IMG/VR virus record: IMGVR_UViG_3300042434_001127
Strand: one strand, 5' to 3'
From: an uncultured virus (IMG/VR IMGVR_UViG_3300042434_001127)
Lineage: Duplodnaviria > Heunggongvirae > Uroviricota > Caudoviricetes
Length of the DNA: 20,000 bases
The notes under the pieces were generated by a model that saw only the letters and a program-made list of their open reading frames with translations, was not told the DNA's origin and made no database searches. The position numbers were made by a program, and so were the translations under genes. Below are positions 1 to 7,615 of the stretch, piece by piece (the stretch's first letter is position 1; the number at the start of each line of letters is the position of its first letter).

Positions 1-2
1 TC

Positions 3-863
3 ACAAACGAATGGCGTTGTGTAACTTATGATGAGTTTTCTCGTCCTGTAGTTCCCAAACCACATCATGAAAAGAAAGAAGGTAATCTTTTTATTCAACC
101 AGATTTTGCCTTGATGAATTTGTTTACTAGCAAGACTAAAAATTTGGAACTGGATACTCAAATGCTTGCTATCTTTCGTGTTGTTCGACAGCTTGGTAAT
201 CGTTATTGGAATAATACTTATGCTGTTCCTAGTCGTTTGTGTCTTTCTGGAACTCCTTTAAACGAATCTTTGATTGCTCTTAATCAAATTATTCCTGAGT
301 TTCAAAAACAAAATAAAGTTCAAAAAGTTCACACACTTATTCTCACTGATGGAGAAGCTTGTCCTTTGAACTACTGTGTTTCTGTTACTCGCAAAGAAGA
401 ACCCTATATGGGGATTCGTCAATTCCATCCCAACAAGTGTTTCCTTCGTGATCGTAAAACTGGTAATGTTTATGCTGGAGATGAAGAACTTGATACTTAC
501 ACTCAGTTTACGGATATGCTTATTCGCTATCTTCGCAATCATTATCCAGATGTGAGTTTTATCGGTATGCGTCTTCTTGCTTCTGGTGAAGCGCAATCAT
601 TCATGCGACGCTATCACCGCCACAACCAATCTGAATTTGATAAACTTCAAGCAGATTGGAAAAAGCAAAAAACCTTCTCTATTCGTACTAAAGGTTACCA
701 CGTTTATTTTGGAATTTCTTCTAATTCTCTATCTAATGATGTTGAATTTAAAGTTAGTGACAATGCATCGAAAGTTGAAATTCGCAATGCTTTCAAAAAA
801 TATATGAGTTCTAAAAAACTGAATAAGAAAGTTCTTAACGAGTTTGTTCAACTTATTGCTTGA
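3..863 (+). CDS. CobT-like/VWA-domain protein (often annotated 'peptidase' in cyanomyoviruses), 5'-partial
   Basis: The frame is open from position 3 (TNEWRCVTYDEF...) into the listed ORF. It carries VWA/MIDAS-type segments LSGTPLNE and ILTDGE, and lies upstream of cobS as in T4-like cyanophages. Confidence 0.75.
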   Translation, partial: TNEWRCVTYDEFSRPVVPKPHHEKKEGNLFIQPDFALMNLFTSKTKNLELDTQMLAIFRVVRQLGNRYWNNTYAVPSRLCLSGTPLNESLIALNQIIPEFQKQNKVQKVHTLILTDGEACPLNYCVSVTRKEEPYMGIRQFHPNKCFLRDRKTGNVYAGDEELDTYTQFTDMLIRYLRNHYPDVSFIGMRLLASGEAQSFMRRYHRHNQSEFDKLQADWKKQKTFSIRTKGYHVYFGISSNSLSNDVEFKVSDNASKVEIRNAFKKYMSSKKLNKKVLNEFVQLIA

Positions 864-886
864 GGGGCTAGTCCCCCTCTTTTTTT
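862..886 (+). terminator. Rho-independent terminator
   Basis: GAGGGG(862-867)/CCCCTC(874-879) stem followed by a T-run at 880-886. Confidence 0.8.
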
Positions 887-893
887 ATAAATA
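886..893 (+). promoter_or_regulatory. T4-type late promoter TATAAATA
   Basis: Exact gp55 consensus 22 nt upstream of the ATG at 916. Confidence 0.8.
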
Positions 894-915
894 AAAAAAA
901 GCGTTTTATAGCGGG

Positions 916-2184
916 ATGAACTTACTAGAAGCTTATAACGAAGTATATAATACTGAGTATAATCTTTCCGAAGATTTAACCAGTTTGTTACTTCAATATT
1001 GCATTGAAGATCTTGAAGAGGCAAAAACTTTTGCTGAAGATCTACTCTCAACAAATCTTGTTCAAGATTTCTTATTTGAATTATCAGAAGCACTTGATGT
1101 AGATATTTCAGAATATCTAACTGAAGGTGTAGGTTCGATGGCAGTTAGAGGTGTCATTAATGCTTTAAGTTCTGCAGGTAGATCAAAAGCTGGTCTTGCC
1201 GCTGGAACGGCACTTGGCAGAAAACCAGAATCTATTGTAAGAGGAGCTGCAGCTTCATCATCAATTAGAAGTGCAAGATCTGCAAGACCAGCAGCTACCA
1301 CTGAACTTCCTGGTAAATATGCAACAATGCAGTTCAAAAAGAAAATTGATACTGCTATTTCTAGACCCGCATTGCCTGCAGGAAGATCCCCAGTAGCCTC
1401 TACACCAACAGCTCCTAGACGCACTCCTACAGACGCTGGAATGCCGTTCAGAGCTACAGGCCCTGGTGGTGATGCTAGAACCCAAAGACTTGCTGCTCAG
1501 GCTGCTCCTGGCTCTGGCGTAAAACCAAAAGCATCTAGAATGACTGGCGGAGCTGATGCTTTAAATGTAGCTAGAAGAGCTATGGCTGGAGCCGCAGCTG
1601 CTGGTGTAGCTGCTAGTGCTGCTGCTCCTGCTGTTAAGGATGCTGAAAAAAAGTCAAAGCCCGAATCCAGCATCAACAAGTACAACACAATGGATTCGGA
1701 TGGTAAAATTAGAAATCGTCTAGCAGTTGGCCCTAAGATTGTTGGACCTAAAAAAGTTGGAACCGTTGCCCAAGCATTTGACACTGCTTTTGCAGGTGCT
1801 AGAAAGGCTGGTAAGTCTGAGTTTGAATTTCAAGGTAAAAAGTACACCACAAAAATGAAGGAGGATCGTGCTGATTATTTTGATGCTATTCTAGAGTACT
1901 TAGTTTCTGAAGGTTTTGTGAATACCAATGCAGAAGCTTTAAATATGATGGCTTGTTTAGATGAGGCTGCTGTGACTAAATTATTTTACAAATTGCAAGC
2001 AAAGGGGAAAGGTAGTTCTTCAACTGCAAGAGCACAATTGAAATCTGATGCTGATTTGGAGACTCAGAAAAATTTAAAAATGAAAAAGCAAAGACAAAAG
2101 CAAATGAGAGACAGAGAAGATGATGATGATCCTAGAGATCATGGATCAATGAGTGCTGCTGAAAGAAACCCATCTATGCGTTGA
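916..2184 (+). CDS. Late-expressed modular hypothetical protein, possible internal head/virion protein
   Basis: 422-aa ORF with an acidic helical N-terminus and an Ala/Arg/Pro-rich middle. It also has an 'AFDTAFAGARKAGKSEFEFQGKKYTT' module and a 'DYFDAILEYLVSEGF...EALNMMACLDE' module, both of a kind recurrent in cyanophage late proteins. It has its own late promoter and terminator. Confidence 0.65.
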   Translation: MNLLEAYNEVYNTEYNLSEDLTSLLLQYCIEDLEEAKTFAEDLLSTNLVQDFLFELSEALDVDISEYLTEGVGSMAVRGVINALSSAGRSKAGLAAGTALGRKPESIVRGAAASSSIRSARSARPAATTELPGKYATMQFKKKIDTAISRPALPAGRSPVASTPTAPRRTPTDAGMPFRATGPGGDARTQRLAAQAAPGSGVKPKASRMTGGADALNVARRAMAGAAAAGVAASAAAPAVKDAEKKSKPESSINKYNTMDSDGKIRNRLAVGPKIVGPKKVGTVAQAFDTAFAGARKAGKSEFEFQGKKYTTKMKEDRADYFDAILEYLVSEGFVNTNAEALNMMACLDEAAVTKLFYKLQAKGKGSSSTARAQLKSDADLETQKNLKMKKQRQKQMRDREDDDDPRDHGSMSAAERNPSMR

Positions 2185-2209
2185 GTGGACACTTTTAAGA
2201 CTGTCTACT

Positions 2210-2234
2210 GGGGGCTTTACAGCCCCCTTTTTTT
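2210..2234 (+). terminator. Rho-independent terminator
   Basis: GGGGGCT(2210-2216)-TTAC-AGCCCCC(2221-2227) followed by T7. Confidence 0.8.
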
Positions 2235-2244
2235 CGACTATATT
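2216..2244 (+). promoter_or_regulatory. Sigma70-like early/middle promoter for cobS
   Basis: TTTACA(2216-2221), 17-nt spacer, TATATT(2239-2244); it overlaps the terminator hairpin. Confidence 0.6.
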
Positions 2245-2269
2245 CATTCCGTTGACCACAACACTTTAA

Positions 2270-3382
2270 ATGCCTCGCAAACTTATTATGACTGACTCAC
2301 AGATGATTGAAAAACTTAAGTCTCTGTATGGTACGGAGATTACTGCTGCAGATGTGAAGGCTTATTGTGCCATGGAAAATCTTTCGTATCCAACCGTAAC
2401 TCGTCGTTTGGAGCAGTACAAGACCGAACGTGGTCGTTGGAATCTGGAAGTGACCCCTAGCGTTATCGGCAAAATGGAACAGGCATATCAAGCACCTGCT
2501 GCTCTGCCTGCTGTAGAACAAAATCTTATCCCTGACAAAGATGATACCTTCGTCAAGTTTGGTAACTTTAACGATATTAAAAAAATTATTCAGTCCCGTA
2601 TCTTTTACCCTGCGTTCATTACGGGTCTTTCGGGTAACGGTAAAACGTTCTCGGTGGAGCAAGCATGTGCTCAACTTGGTCGAGAACTGATTCGTGTAAA
2701 CATTACTATTGAGACTGATGAAGACGATCTTATTGGTGGGTTTCGCCTTCTGGATGGTGCTACTGTATGGCATAATGGCCCCGTCATCGAAGCATTGGAG
2801 CGTGGAGCGATCCTGCTCCTCGACGAGATTGACCTTGCCTCAAACAAAATTCTCTGCCTCCAATCCGTGCTAGAAGGAAAGGGTGTTTTCCTTAAGAAGA
2901 TTGGTCGTTTCGTGAAACCTGCTGCTGGTTTTAATGTGATTGCCACTGCCAACACCAAAGGTAAGGGTTCTGATGATGGTCGTTTTATTGGCACTAATGT
3001 TCTCAACGAAGCATTCCTTGAGCGTTTCCCTGTAACTTTTGAACAGGAATATCCTGCTCCCAAGATTGAACAGAAAATTCTGGAAGGCATTGCTTTGGAT
3101 CTTGGTGTGGAAGACCGTGACTTCTGCAAACTGTTGGTGGATTGGGCTGACAACATCCGTAAAACTTTTTACGATGGTGGCGTTGAAGAAATCATCAGCA
3201 CCCGTCGTTTGGTTCACATCATTCGTGCCTACAGCATCTTTGGTAATCGTGGCAAAGCTATTGAAGTGTGCGTGAATCGCTTTGATGAGTCCACTAAACA
3301 GTCCTTCCTGGAACTGTACGATAAGGTAGATGCCGATTTCCAAATGCCTACCGAACAAGTTGACTCGGTGGAAGTATTCTGA
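2270..3382 (+). CDS. cobS: CobS/MoxR-like AAA+ ATPase
   Basis: Walker A GLSGNGKT, Walker B LLLDEID, ATANTKGKG, NEAFLERF and ISTRRL motifs; a typical cyanomyovirus cobS. Confidence 0.92.
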   Translation: MPRKLIMTDSQMIEKLKSLYGTEITAADVKAYCAMENLSYPTVTRRLEQYKTERGRWNLEVTPSVIGKMEQAYQAPAALPAVEQNLIPDKDDTFVKFGNFNDIKKIIQSRIFYPAFITGLSGNGKTFSVEQACAQLGRELIRVNITIETDEDDLIGGFRLLDGATVWHNGPVIEALERGAILLLDEIDLASNKILCLQSVLEGKGVFLKKIGRFVKPAAGFNVIATANTKGKGSDDGRFIGTNVLNEAFLERFPVTFEQEYPAPKIEQKILEGIALDLGVEDRDFCKLLVDWADNIRKTFYDGGVEEIISTRRLVHIIRAYSIFGNRGKAIEVCVNRFDESTKQSFLELYDKVDADFQMPTEQVDSVEVF

Positions 3383-3388
3383 TATAAT
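3360..3388 (+). promoter_or_regulatory. Sigma70-like promoter with extended -10
   Basis: TTGACT(3360-3365), 17-nt spacer, TATAAT(3383-3388) preceded by TG-A. Confidence 0.8.
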
Positions 3389-3391
3389 TGG

Positions 3392-3419
3392 GGGAGGTAA
3401 ATTATGCCTCTCTATTTTT
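3392..3419 (+). terminator. Probable terminator after cobS
   Basis: GGGAGGTA(3392-3399)/TGCCTCTC(3405-3412) stem with G-U pairs, followed by TATTTTT. Confidence 0.5.
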
Positions 3420-3422
3420 ATT

Positions 3423-3821
3423 ATGGACGAATATCCTTTTCAATTCACTCTCTCCGATGGTGGAGATGGAACACTAAATCTTGAGAAAATTATTATGACT
3501 GAAACCAAAAACAATCTTTGGAAATATAATGAAGACAAAATCCTCAAAGATATTGAGGATTATGTGACTGGGACTTATAACAGTCACTATTGTGGACACA
3601 ATGATGCTTACAAGGACATTCAAACAATTGACTTGATGGCAGCAAAAGACCTGGCACAACATTTTTGTCAGGCAAACATTTTGAAGTATGGTAGCCGCTA
3701 TGGTGATAAAGATGGACGCAATAAGCGTGATTTGCTCAAAGTGATTCACTATGCTATGCTTCTACTCCACTTTGATGGACATTATTCTCGCAAAGATAAT
3801 GGCTTGACTGAATTCCGTTGA
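3423..3821 (+). CDS. DUF3310-like protein (T7 gp1.7 nucleotide-kinase-related family)
   Basis: Motif pattern SHY...QTIDLM...FCQANILKYGSRYGDK...DLLKVIHYA. The start is moved to ATG 3423 (alternative ATG 3495) because the ORF-track start overlaps cobS and the promoter. Confidence 0.65.
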   Translation: MDEYPFQFTLSDGGDGTLNLEKIIMTETKNNLWKYNEDKILKDIEDYVTGTYNSHYCGHNDAYKDIQTIDLMAAKDLAQHFCQANILKYGSRYGDKDGRNKRDLLKVIHYAMLLLHFDGHYSRKDNGLTEFR

Positions 3822-3823
3822 TT

Positions 3824-4507
3824 ATGAAACTTAGAGAACCCATGAAAATTTCCGACAAAACAGCTTCACTTCTAAAGAACTTTGCCAGCATCAATCAGTC
3901 TCTTCTGTTTAAAAGTGGTAACAAGATTCGTACAATTTCTGTAATGAAAAATATTTTTGCAGAAGCTGTGATTAGTGAAGAGATTCCTAAAGATTTTGGT
4001 ATTTATGATCTTAATCAATTTCTGAGTGGCATCACTCTTCACCCAGACCCAGAACTCGTGTTCAATAGTGATAGTCATCTTCTCATTAAAGGTGGTGGCA
4101 ATACTACCAAGTATTATTTTGCAGATCCTTCTGTTATTGTAAGTCCTCCTGAAAAATCCATTGCTCTTCCTAGTGAAGATGTATGCTTCAATCTTTCTTC
4201 TGATCAACTCGATAAACTAATTAAAGCCGCCTCTGTGTACGGTCTTGAAGATATCTCTGCTATTGGAGATGGGAGCACTGTAAGTCTTCTTGTTAGAGAC
4301 AAAGAAAATTCTACTTCTAATGAATTTTCAATTAACGTTGGTGAAACTGAATCGACCTTTGTATTTAACTTTAAGGTTGAGAACATGAAAATTCTTCCTG
4401 GCAAATATGAGGTAGTTGTGTCTGCTCCTAAGATGGCACGATTTGTCAATACTGCCATGGATGTGGTATACTACATTGCACTTGAGCCTGATTCCACCTT
4501 TGGTTAA
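3824..4507 (+). CDS. gp45: DNA polymerase sliding clamp
   Basis: LLKNFASINQS, FGIYDLNQFL, YYFADPSVI and C-terminal YYIALEPDS; adjacent to gp44/gp62. Confidence 0.95.
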   Translation: MKLREPMKISDKTASLLKNFASINQSLLFKSGNKIRTISVMKNIFAEAVISEEIPKDFGIYDLNQFLSGITLHPDPELVFNSDSHLLIKGGGNTTKYYFADPSVIVSPPEKSIALPSEDVCFNLSSDQLDKLIKAASVYGLEDISAIGDGSTVSLLVRDKENSTSNEFSINVGETESTFVFNFKVENMKILPGKYEVVVSAPKMARFVNTAMDVVYYIALEPDSTFG

Positions 4508-4508
4508 A

Positions 4509-4619
4509 ATGTTTGAAGGTGACTTTTTCCTGGACAAAAATACACACAAGTTGTATATTTTTGATGGGAAAGAATGGTGGGAGGTTATTCCAAGTTCTTA
4601 TTTGAAAAAATTTGATTAA
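4509..4619 (+). CDS. Small hypothetical protein (36 aa)
   Basis: ATG 1 nt after the gp45 stop; MFEGDFFLDKNTHKLYIFDGKEWWEVIPSSYLKKFD fills the gp45-gp44 gap. Confidence 0.55.
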   Translation: MFEGDFFLDKNTHKLYIFDGKEWWEVIPSSYLKKFD

Positions 4620-4627
4620 AATTAATT

Positions 4628-5572
4628 ATGCATAATGATTTCCTTTGGGTCGAAAAGTATCGACCTAAAACTATTGAAGAATGTATTCTCCCAGAGAATA
4701 TTAAAAAAACTTTTAAAGACTTTCTAAATAAGGGCGAAATACCAAACTTGCTTCTTGCTGGTTCTGCTGGCGTTGGCAAAACCACAGTGGCAAAGGCATT
4801 GTGTCATGAATTGGGAGTAGACTATTATGTCATTAACGGATCCGACGAAGGTAGATTCCTCGATACTGTCCGAAACAATGCGAAAAACTTCGCTTCGACC
4901 CTTTCGCTTTCGTCAACTGCTAAACACAAAGTCATCATTATTGATGAGGCAGACAATACAACCGCAGATGTACAACTCCTCTTACGGGCTTCTATTGAGG
5001 AATTTGCTAACAATTGCCGCTTCATCTTTACCTGTAACTATAAAAACAAAATCATTGAACCCCTCCATTCCCGTTGCGCCGTTGTGGAGTTTGGAATCCG
5101 AGGACAAGAAAAAGCCCAGTTGGCAGGATCCTTCTTCAAGCGTTTACAGAACATCTTGGATGAAGAAAGTGTACGATACGATCCTAAAGTCCTTGCCAAA
5201 CTAATTAAGAAACATTACCCTGATTGGAGACGTGTTCTTAATGAATGTCAACGTTACTCTGTTGGTGGAGAAATTGATTCTGGAATTTTAGTATCATTTT
5301 CTGAAACAAATACTGATGAACTTATTCAATATCTCAAAGATAAAAACTTTACTGAAGTTAGAAAGTGGGTGGTCTCCAACCTGGACAACGATCCTTCTAA
5401 TCTACTTCGCGGGATTTATGACTCCTGTTATAACTGCCTTGTGCCCGCCTCTATCCCTGCTGCCGTGCTTGTTATTGCTAAGTATCAATACCAATGTGCG
5501 TTCGTGGCTGATCAAGAAATTAACTTATTAGCCGCATTGACTGAGTTAATGGTAGAGTGTAATTTTAAATGA
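4628..5572 (+). CDS. gp44: Clamp loader ATPase subunit
   Basis: LWVEKYRP, Walker A GSAGVGKT, IIIDEAD and the SRC motif (LHSRC). Confidence 0.97.
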   Translation: MHNDFLWVEKYRPKTIEECILPENIKKTFKDFLNKGEIPNLLLAGSAGVGKTTVAKALCHELGVDYYVINGSDEGRFLDTVRNNAKNFASTLSLSSTAKHKVIIIDEADNTTADVQLLLRASIEEFANNCRFIFTCNYKNKIIEPLHSRCAVVEFGIRGQEKAQLAGSFFKRLQNILDEESVRYDPKVLAKLIKKHYPDWRRVLNECQRYSVGGEIDSGILVSFSETNTDELIQYLKDKNFTEVRKWVVSNLDNDPSNLLRGIYDSCYNCLVPASIPAAVLVIAKYQYQCAFVADQEINLLAALTELMVECNFK

Positions 5573-5955
5573 AGACAGAATTAAAAGATTGGTTAAATTC
5601 TATTAATCAGACAAAAAATAATCTTATCGATGAAGATCCTTCTTTAAAAAAAGATTATCCTCCATTCATTATAAACAAATGTATGGCTGGTCATATTGAT
5701 TGTGTAATGTTTGCTAATGCCATGAATATGAATCATGGCTTAGATAAAAAGCTTCAATATGACTTTTATATAAATATTGTGAGGAAAAGGAAAAGATATT
5801 CTCCTTGGCTCCGAAAGGATAAAATCAAAGATCTTGAATGCGTCAAATCTTACTATGGCTATAGTAATGAAAAGGCACAACAGGCTTTGAACCTTCTTAC
5901 AAAAGAACAAATCGACTTTATTAAATCAAAACTTGATGTTGGGGGATCAAAATGA
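5569..5955 (+). CDS. gp62: Clamp loader small subunit
   Basis: LKDWLNSIN...YPPFIINKC...RKRKRYSPW...YYGYSNEKA; lies between gp44 and regA. Confidence 0.93.
   Translation: MKTELKDWLNSINQTKNNLIDEDPSLKKDYPPFIINKCMAGHIDCVMFANAMNMNHGLDKKLQYDFYINIVRKRKRYSPWLRKDKIKDLECVKSYYGYSNEKAQQALNLLTKEQIDFIKSKLDVGGSK
5769..5776 (+). promoter_or_regulatory. Internal T4-type late promoter upstream of regA
   Basis: Exact TATAAATA within gp62, about 175 nt before the regA start. Confidence 0.5.
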
Positions 5956-6383
5956 GTGTTGTAACTGAACCTGAAGTAAATTGGACACCAGACCAGATGG
6001 TCGAGGTAATTCTTAATGAGCCTGATGATTTTCTAAAGGTTCGTGAGACGCTTACTCGTATTGGCGTAGCTAGTAGAAAAGAAAAGACTCTATACCAGTC
6101 TTGTCATATTCTTCATAAGCAAGGTAAATATTTTATTGTACATTTTAAAGAATTGTTTGCATTGGACGGTAAACATGCCAATCTTACAGTTAACGATGTT
6201 CAACGTCGCAATCGTATTGCTCAATTGCTTGCTGATTGGGGTTTAATTACGATTGTAAATGTGGATAAAATTACGGATATTGCTCCACTTAATCAAATTA
6301 AAGTTCTTTCTTATAAAGAAAAGGATGAGTGGACTTTAGAAACTAAGTACAATATTGGTAAAAAAAGAAAAGTTGAAGAATGA
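5952..6383 (+). CDS. regA: Translational repressor RegA
   Basis: DDFLKVRETLTRIGVAS...LYQSCHILHKQGKYFIVHFKELFALDG. Confidence 0.97.
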   Translation: MSVVTEPEVNWTPDQMVEVILNEPDDFLKVRETLTRIGVASRKEKTLYQSCHILHKQGKYFIVHFKELFALDGKHANLTVNDVQRRNRIAQLLADWGLITIVNVDKITDIAPLNQIKVLSYKEKDEWTLETKYNIGKKRKVEE

Positions 6384-6997
6384 CTTACAAAGAACATGTA
6401 ATACCAATTTTTTCAACACCACTTTATTTTGTAGATGGTGAAGAAGAAACATTTAAATTTAATAATGAACAATTAAATTTTTTAAAGGAAGCAGATTATG
6501 TTGAGGCAGAACATAATTACGTGACTAAAGACAATCAAATTTTAAATCTAGAAGTTTTTTCAGATTTAAAATTATTTGTACAAAATCACATTGATACTTA
6601 TGCTAAAAAATTTATATTAAAAGAACAAGATTGTAAATTTGAAATTAGTAGTTCTTGGGCAACAAAAACTAAGACAGGTCAATTTCACAATTTTCACAAA
6701 CATTTAACTTCGGTAATGAGTGGAGTTGTTAGTGTGACACCAAATAATGTCACAGTATTTTCTAGAGAAATTCAAGGACCTTTTCCATTTTTTGCGTTTG
6801 ACTATAAACATTATGGAACTGCATTTGCAGAAAAAGTTAATGTTGTGCAAGAAAATTCTGGGTGTTTATTGTTATTTCCATCTAATGTATTTCATTCAGT
6901 TCCAACTTATCAATTAGAAGAAGACAGATATTCTATATCTTTTAATGTATTTCCTAGAGGAAATTTTTATACACATCCTGAACAAACAATAGTATAA
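6380..6997 (+). CDS. Putative 2OG-Fe(II) oxygenase (TIGR02466-like)
   Basis: PIFSTPLY N-terminus, SWA...HNFHKH, LLLFPSNVFHSV and RYSISFN. Confidence 0.85.
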   Translation: MTYKEHVIPIFSTPLYFVDGEEETFKFNNEQLNFLKEADYVEAEHNYVTKDNQILNLEVFSDLKLFVQNHIDTYAKKFILKEQDCKFEISSSWATKTKTGQFHNFHKHLTSVMSGVVSVTPNNVTVFSREIQGPFPFFAFDYKHYGTAFAEKVNVVQENSGCLLLFPSNVFHSVPTYQLEEDRYSISFNVFPRGNFYTHPEQTIV

Positions 6998-7000
6998 ATA
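6993..7000 (+). promoter_or_regulatory. T4-type late promoter TATAAATA
   Basis: Exact consensus overlapping the oxygenase stop codon. Confidence 0.75.
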
Positions 7001-7004
7001 AATA

Positions 7005-7080
7005 TGAGACCTTTCGTGCGGTCTCTACGAAAGTCGGAACACCCTAAAAGAGGTACGGTTTACACCGCACCTCTTTTTTT
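7005..7080 (+). ncRNA. Candidate small structured RNA between a late promoter and a terminator
   Basis: GAGACC/GGTCTC and CTTTCGT/ACGAAAG complementarities, bounded by a late promoter and a strong terminator. Confidence 0.5.
7046..7080 (+). terminator. Rho-independent (possibly bidirectional) terminator
   Basis: AAAAGAGGT-A-CGGT-TTAC-ACCG-C-ACCTCTTTT followed by further Ts. Confidence 0.85.
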
Positions 7081-7155
7081 GCTATTATGGTTAAATAGTA
7101 TTGGATGCCGAAAGGATCCATAAAACACAAACTCGCTTTTAAAGGAGCTACCATA

Positions 7156-7590
7156 ATGACTAATCTCACAAGGTATACTACTGCGGATCTTCCTACCCTG
7201 TTGGATAGAATTACTCGCAATAGTATTGGAATGGACGAATATTTTGATAGACTGTTTAAAGTTCATGAAACTACATCAAATTACCCTCCATACAATCTTG
7301 TTCAACTAAGTAATACTGAGTCTCGTTTAGAACTCGCACTTGCAGGATTTAAAAAGGAAGAAATCCGTGTGTTTACCGAGTATGGAAAACTTTTTATCGA
7401 AGGACAAAAGGAGGATAAAGAATCCGATTCCAACTACATCCATAAGGGATTGGCTCAACGATCTTTCAAAAGAGCGTGGACGTTGGCAGATGATACCGAA
7501 GTGAAAGAAGTTAAATTTGAAGACGGACTATTGGTTGTTGAATTGAGAAAAATTATACCAGAACATCATGCTCGCAAAGATTATCTCTAA
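7156..7590 (+). CDS. hsp20: Small heat shock protein Hsp20
   Basis: NYPPYNL, LELALAGF, HKGLAQRSFKRAWTL and FEDGLL. The start is ATG 7156 with the RBS AAAGGAG at 7141-7147. Confidence 0.95.
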   Translation: MTNLTRYTTADLPTLLDRITRNSIGMDEYFDRLFKVHETTSNYPPYNLVQLSNTESRLELALAGFKKEEIRVFTEYGKLFIEGQKEDKESDSNYIHKGLAQRSFKRAWTLADDTEVKEVKFEDGLLVVELRKIIPEHHARKDYL

Positions 7591-7615
7591 ATATATTTGA
7601 ATATCGTCGGCGCTT

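Noticed and set aside
3330..3422. N-terminal extension of the DUF3310-like ORF in the ORF track
   Set aside because: It overlaps the end of cobS, the promoter and a hairpin; the real start is more likely 3423 or 3495.
258..5531. Many 60-160 aa antisense or alternate-frame ORFs overlapping cobT, cobS, gp45 and gp44
   Set aside because: They are shadow ORFs of well-supported plus-strand genes, with no RBS or recognisable motifs.
7004..7123. 39-codon ORF MRPFVRSLRKSEHPKRG... after the late promoter
   Set aside because: It has no RBS and runs through a strong terminator; RNA structure explains the sequence better.
7105..7155. Longer hsp20 start in the ORF track
   Set aside because: The strong RBS at 7141-7147 points to ATG 7156, and the upstream ATG lies inside a hairpin.
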